DNA of 64,000 bases from Theionarchaea archaeon (lineage in GTDB: Archaea > Methanobacteriota_B > Thermococci > Methanofastidiosales > SZ-28-30). The stretch covers positions 156,585 to 220,584 of the forward strand of contig JACVGT010000003.1 of NCBI GenBank assembly GCA_018992685.1. The letters run 5' to 3'. The notes beneath the pieces are model-generated. The model was not told the DNA's origin. It worked only from the letters and a program-made list of their open reading frames with translations, and searched no databases. The translations under genes were made by a program, and so were the position numbers. Below are positions 62,005 to 64,000 of the stretch, piece by piece (within the stretch, counting starts at the first letter, position 1; the number at the start of each line of letters is the position of its first letter).

Positions 62005-63226
62005 TCCCCAAAAAGTCCATGAACCCGGATATCATGGGGATAACCACACTGTCAGGATCAAGTCCAAATCGAGTGGAAGCAACAGCAGCATAGTAGGAGA
62101 GGAAACAGACCACCACAGCTATGAGCAGTCCAGCATACAGACATGCCTGCACCACGAGGTATAGTGGGGGGAAATCCAATCCCAAGATCGCACTGGCACC
62201 AAATGCCAGAACGCCGATAGCAGGGAACAGCGTTATCCCCAGGAGTGCAATGACGGAGAAATCCTCCACTGCATCTGAAGGTGGCTTCCATGTGGATTCA
62301 ATCATACCCAGGTGAAGGGCAGTAGACAGCCGAGAGCTCAGGATCCCCCCCAAAGCTCCGCCTCCCTCCAGAAAGGGAGGAACTAGGGTGAGCAATCCAC
62401 TCATGATGAGAAACTGGTCAATTCTGCTGTTGATGACAATGCCCGATCCTGTACTCAAACAAGCAGATATCACCAGAATCCCCAGACTGTCTTTGACAAT
62501 TCGTGTGGGGAGAGGGGACTTTCTTCTCGCCATGAGTATTCCACTTATCACACACACGATCACAATGACGGCAAACACAACATATTTTACTTCGAGAAAC
62601 CGGATCGCTATGAACAGGCATGGCAGGGTTATCAAGTCACCCACAGACGTGATAAGAGGGGCAGTGACATTGTCCGGATCCCAGCCTCTCAGGAAACTCT
62701 GCACTGCGACCAGCAGAGTGAACAGCAGTATCAAGAGGCTGGAAATCAATCCCCCAAGTACTGATACCACTACCAGGTCAACAAACGAAATGGAAGCAAA
62801 CCCAAACACGTGAGCAGTGGCTCGGGACAGGGCTCCCAAGAAGAATGAAACTATGATTGTGAGGAACAGGGAGGCAGAAATATTCCCTGTAATAACAGGG
62901 GATCTACTGAGCCTGGAAATTTCCCCCATATGTAGAGAGGTGCTCAACCTCGACCCCAGTGAGGCAAAAATGTTCCCTCGCATACCAATGGCAGCGGGGA
63001 CCATGATCATCAGCCCGGGGAATAATTCCAGCACGTCAGAGAACGTTCCCAGAATGATACCTCCCACAAGAGATCCCAGAGAAGCAAGCACGAGAGAAAT
63101 GATACCTTGCCTGAAAACCGTGGCTCGAACAGAAATAAACTCAAGTTTGTCAGCTAGGGAGACCGCTATACGTCTTTTTTCCTTTATGGAAGTCCTTAAC
63201 CGTCGGATAATCGTTGTCCCATGCAA
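61961..63226 (-). CDS. MgtE-type divalent cation transporter (duplicated membrane domain)
   Basis: GMRGNIFASLGSRLST, GWDPDNVTAPLITSVGD and a second repeat GLDPDSVVIPMISGFMD. Confidence 0.9.
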   Translation of the reverse strand: MHGTTIIRRLRTSIKEKRRIAVSLADKLEFISVRATVFRQGIISLVLASLGSLVGGIILGTFSDVLELFPGLMIMVPAAIGMRGNIFASLGSRLSTSLHMGEISRLSRSPVITGNISASLFLTIIVSFFLGALSRATAHVFGFASISFVDLVVVSVLGGLISSLLILLFTLLVAVQSFLRGWDPDNVTAPLITSVGDLITLPCLFIAIRFLEVKYVVFAVIVIVCVISGILMARRKSPLPTRIVKDSLGILVISACLSTGSGIVINSRIDQFLIMSGLLTLVPPFLEGGGALGGILSSRLSTALHLGMIESTWKPPSDAVEDFSVIALLGITLFPAIGVLAFGASAILGLDFPPLYLVVQACLYAGLLIAVVVCFLSYYAAVASTRFGLDPDSVVIPMISGFMDFLGTNCLLFALIALGIA

Positions 63227-63410
63227 TCGCCTCAGTGTCTTGATTGTGGTGAACTCGTGTCTTATAAGCTTTTCTAATCACAGGTTCTCTGAAGGGAACC
63301 AACACCACTGTCTACCCTTCTACCCACTCTCCGGGAAAGGAACACAGCTTCCATAACCCCGCTCAACCGAACGCGATAATTGTCGTTCTTGCCATGGATC
63401 ATCTTTGGAA

Positions 63411-63776
63411 TCAAGATTGGTCTTGAGATGTCTTCTCCATGGCATCATACAGCTGCTGCACTGAAAAGGGCTTTGCCAGAAATGCCTTGCAGCCAGCTTT
63501 CAAGCAGTCCTCTTCTAGCTTGTCTTTATTGAATGCACTGATAGCCAGAATCCTCGCCTTCTCATCCTTTTCAATAATCCTTCTTGATGCTTCAGCTCCG
63601 CTAATATCAGGAAGCAGAATGTCCATGAGAACAAGATCTGGTTTCGTCTTGTCGTATAATTCCACAGCCTGCTCTCCAGTGGACGCTCTAGCCACGACTT
63701 CGTCTCCTCTCATCTTGAGGACCTCTTCCATGACATCCAGCATTTCTTTCCTATCGTCTACTATGAGTACTTTCAT
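63411..63776 (-). CDS. Single-domain response regulator (CheY-like)
   Basis: VLIVDD, PDLVLMDILLP..SG, ISA, FLAKPF. Confidence 0.93.
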   Translation of the reverse strand: MKVLIVDDRKEMLDVMEEVLKMRGDEVVARASTGEQAVELYDKTKPDLVLMDILLPDISGAEASRRIIEKDEKARILAISAFNKDKLEEDCLKAGCKAFLAKPFSVQQLYDAMEKTSQDQS

Positions 63777-63857
63777 TGACTCACCCGGAATTGTTTCGAT
63801 GAGTTCTTACCCCATTATGTTGACGAGATTATATAAAGGTAGTCCCCTCTACTTCTC

Positions 63858-64000
63858 TGTAATATCACCAGACATGGGTGACACTTTTGACACCACACAT
63901 AGGTAACACTTCTTATAAGTCTCATGGCAACCGCTCCTCATATCTCGCGTGAGGCGTTGCACCGTTGATGCCCATGTGAGACCTTTCGTGATTGTAGTAG
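63858..64000 (-). mobile_element. Right end of an IS481-family insertion sequence (continues beyond window)
   Basis: Terminus TGTAATATCACCAGACATGGGTGACACTT with internal repeat CACCACACATAGGTAACACTT. Adjacent to a transposase C-terminus. Confidence 0.8.
63922..64000 (-). CDS. C-terminal end of a DDE integrase-core transposase (partial)
   Basis: Minus-strand frame YYNHERSHMGINGATPHARYEERLP* matches the YN..R.H..L...TP...Y motif of IS481/IS3 transposases. Confidence 0.82.
   Translation of the reverse strand, partial: YYNHERSHMGINGATPHARYEERLP

Noticed and set aside
1-64000. tRNA or rRNA genes
   Set aside because: No cloverleaf with a proper T-arm or rRNA signature was noticed outside coding regions. 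A tRNAscan-SE run would be needed to be certain.

Overview
Chromosomal window from an archaeon. The evidence is TFB, TiaS, an archaeal-type SRP RNA, PolB2, a class III pilin, and BRE/TATA promoters with GGTGA-type ribosome-binding sites. The gene style suggests a Theionarchaea/Thermococci-related lineage, but that is inference only. Most of the window is ordinary housekeeping and metabolism: ABC exporter, hypC/D/A, thioredoxin, UDP-sulfoquinovose synthase, RadC, HD hydrolase, acyl-CoA dehydrogenase, class II ribonucleotide reductase, AlaX, MgtE and a response regulator. Seven things stand out. (1) An AT-richer island (about 39.1-42.6 kb) holds six small coiled-coil + helix-turn-helix proteins, five of them clearly paralogous winged-helix proteins, around one predicted PD-(D/E)XK-like nuclease, plus an orphan HicB-like gene. 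This is the best candidate for an undescribed defence/regulatory system. (2) A four-gene PolB2 'mutasome'-like operon includes an MmcB-like nuclease, and three of its proteins end in PCNA-binding motifs. (3) An unannotated 48-aa peptide has a Cys/Gly-rich tail and lies tail-to-tail with a truncated gene. (4) A divergent amino-acid/imine metabolism cluster is present. (5) A 1127-aa membrane-RCK-ACT-like protein has no obvious known match. (6) Several genes appear to start at ATT/ATC/ATA codons. (7) The end of an IS481-family element sits at the right edge. All family assignments come from motif recognition by eye; no searches were run.
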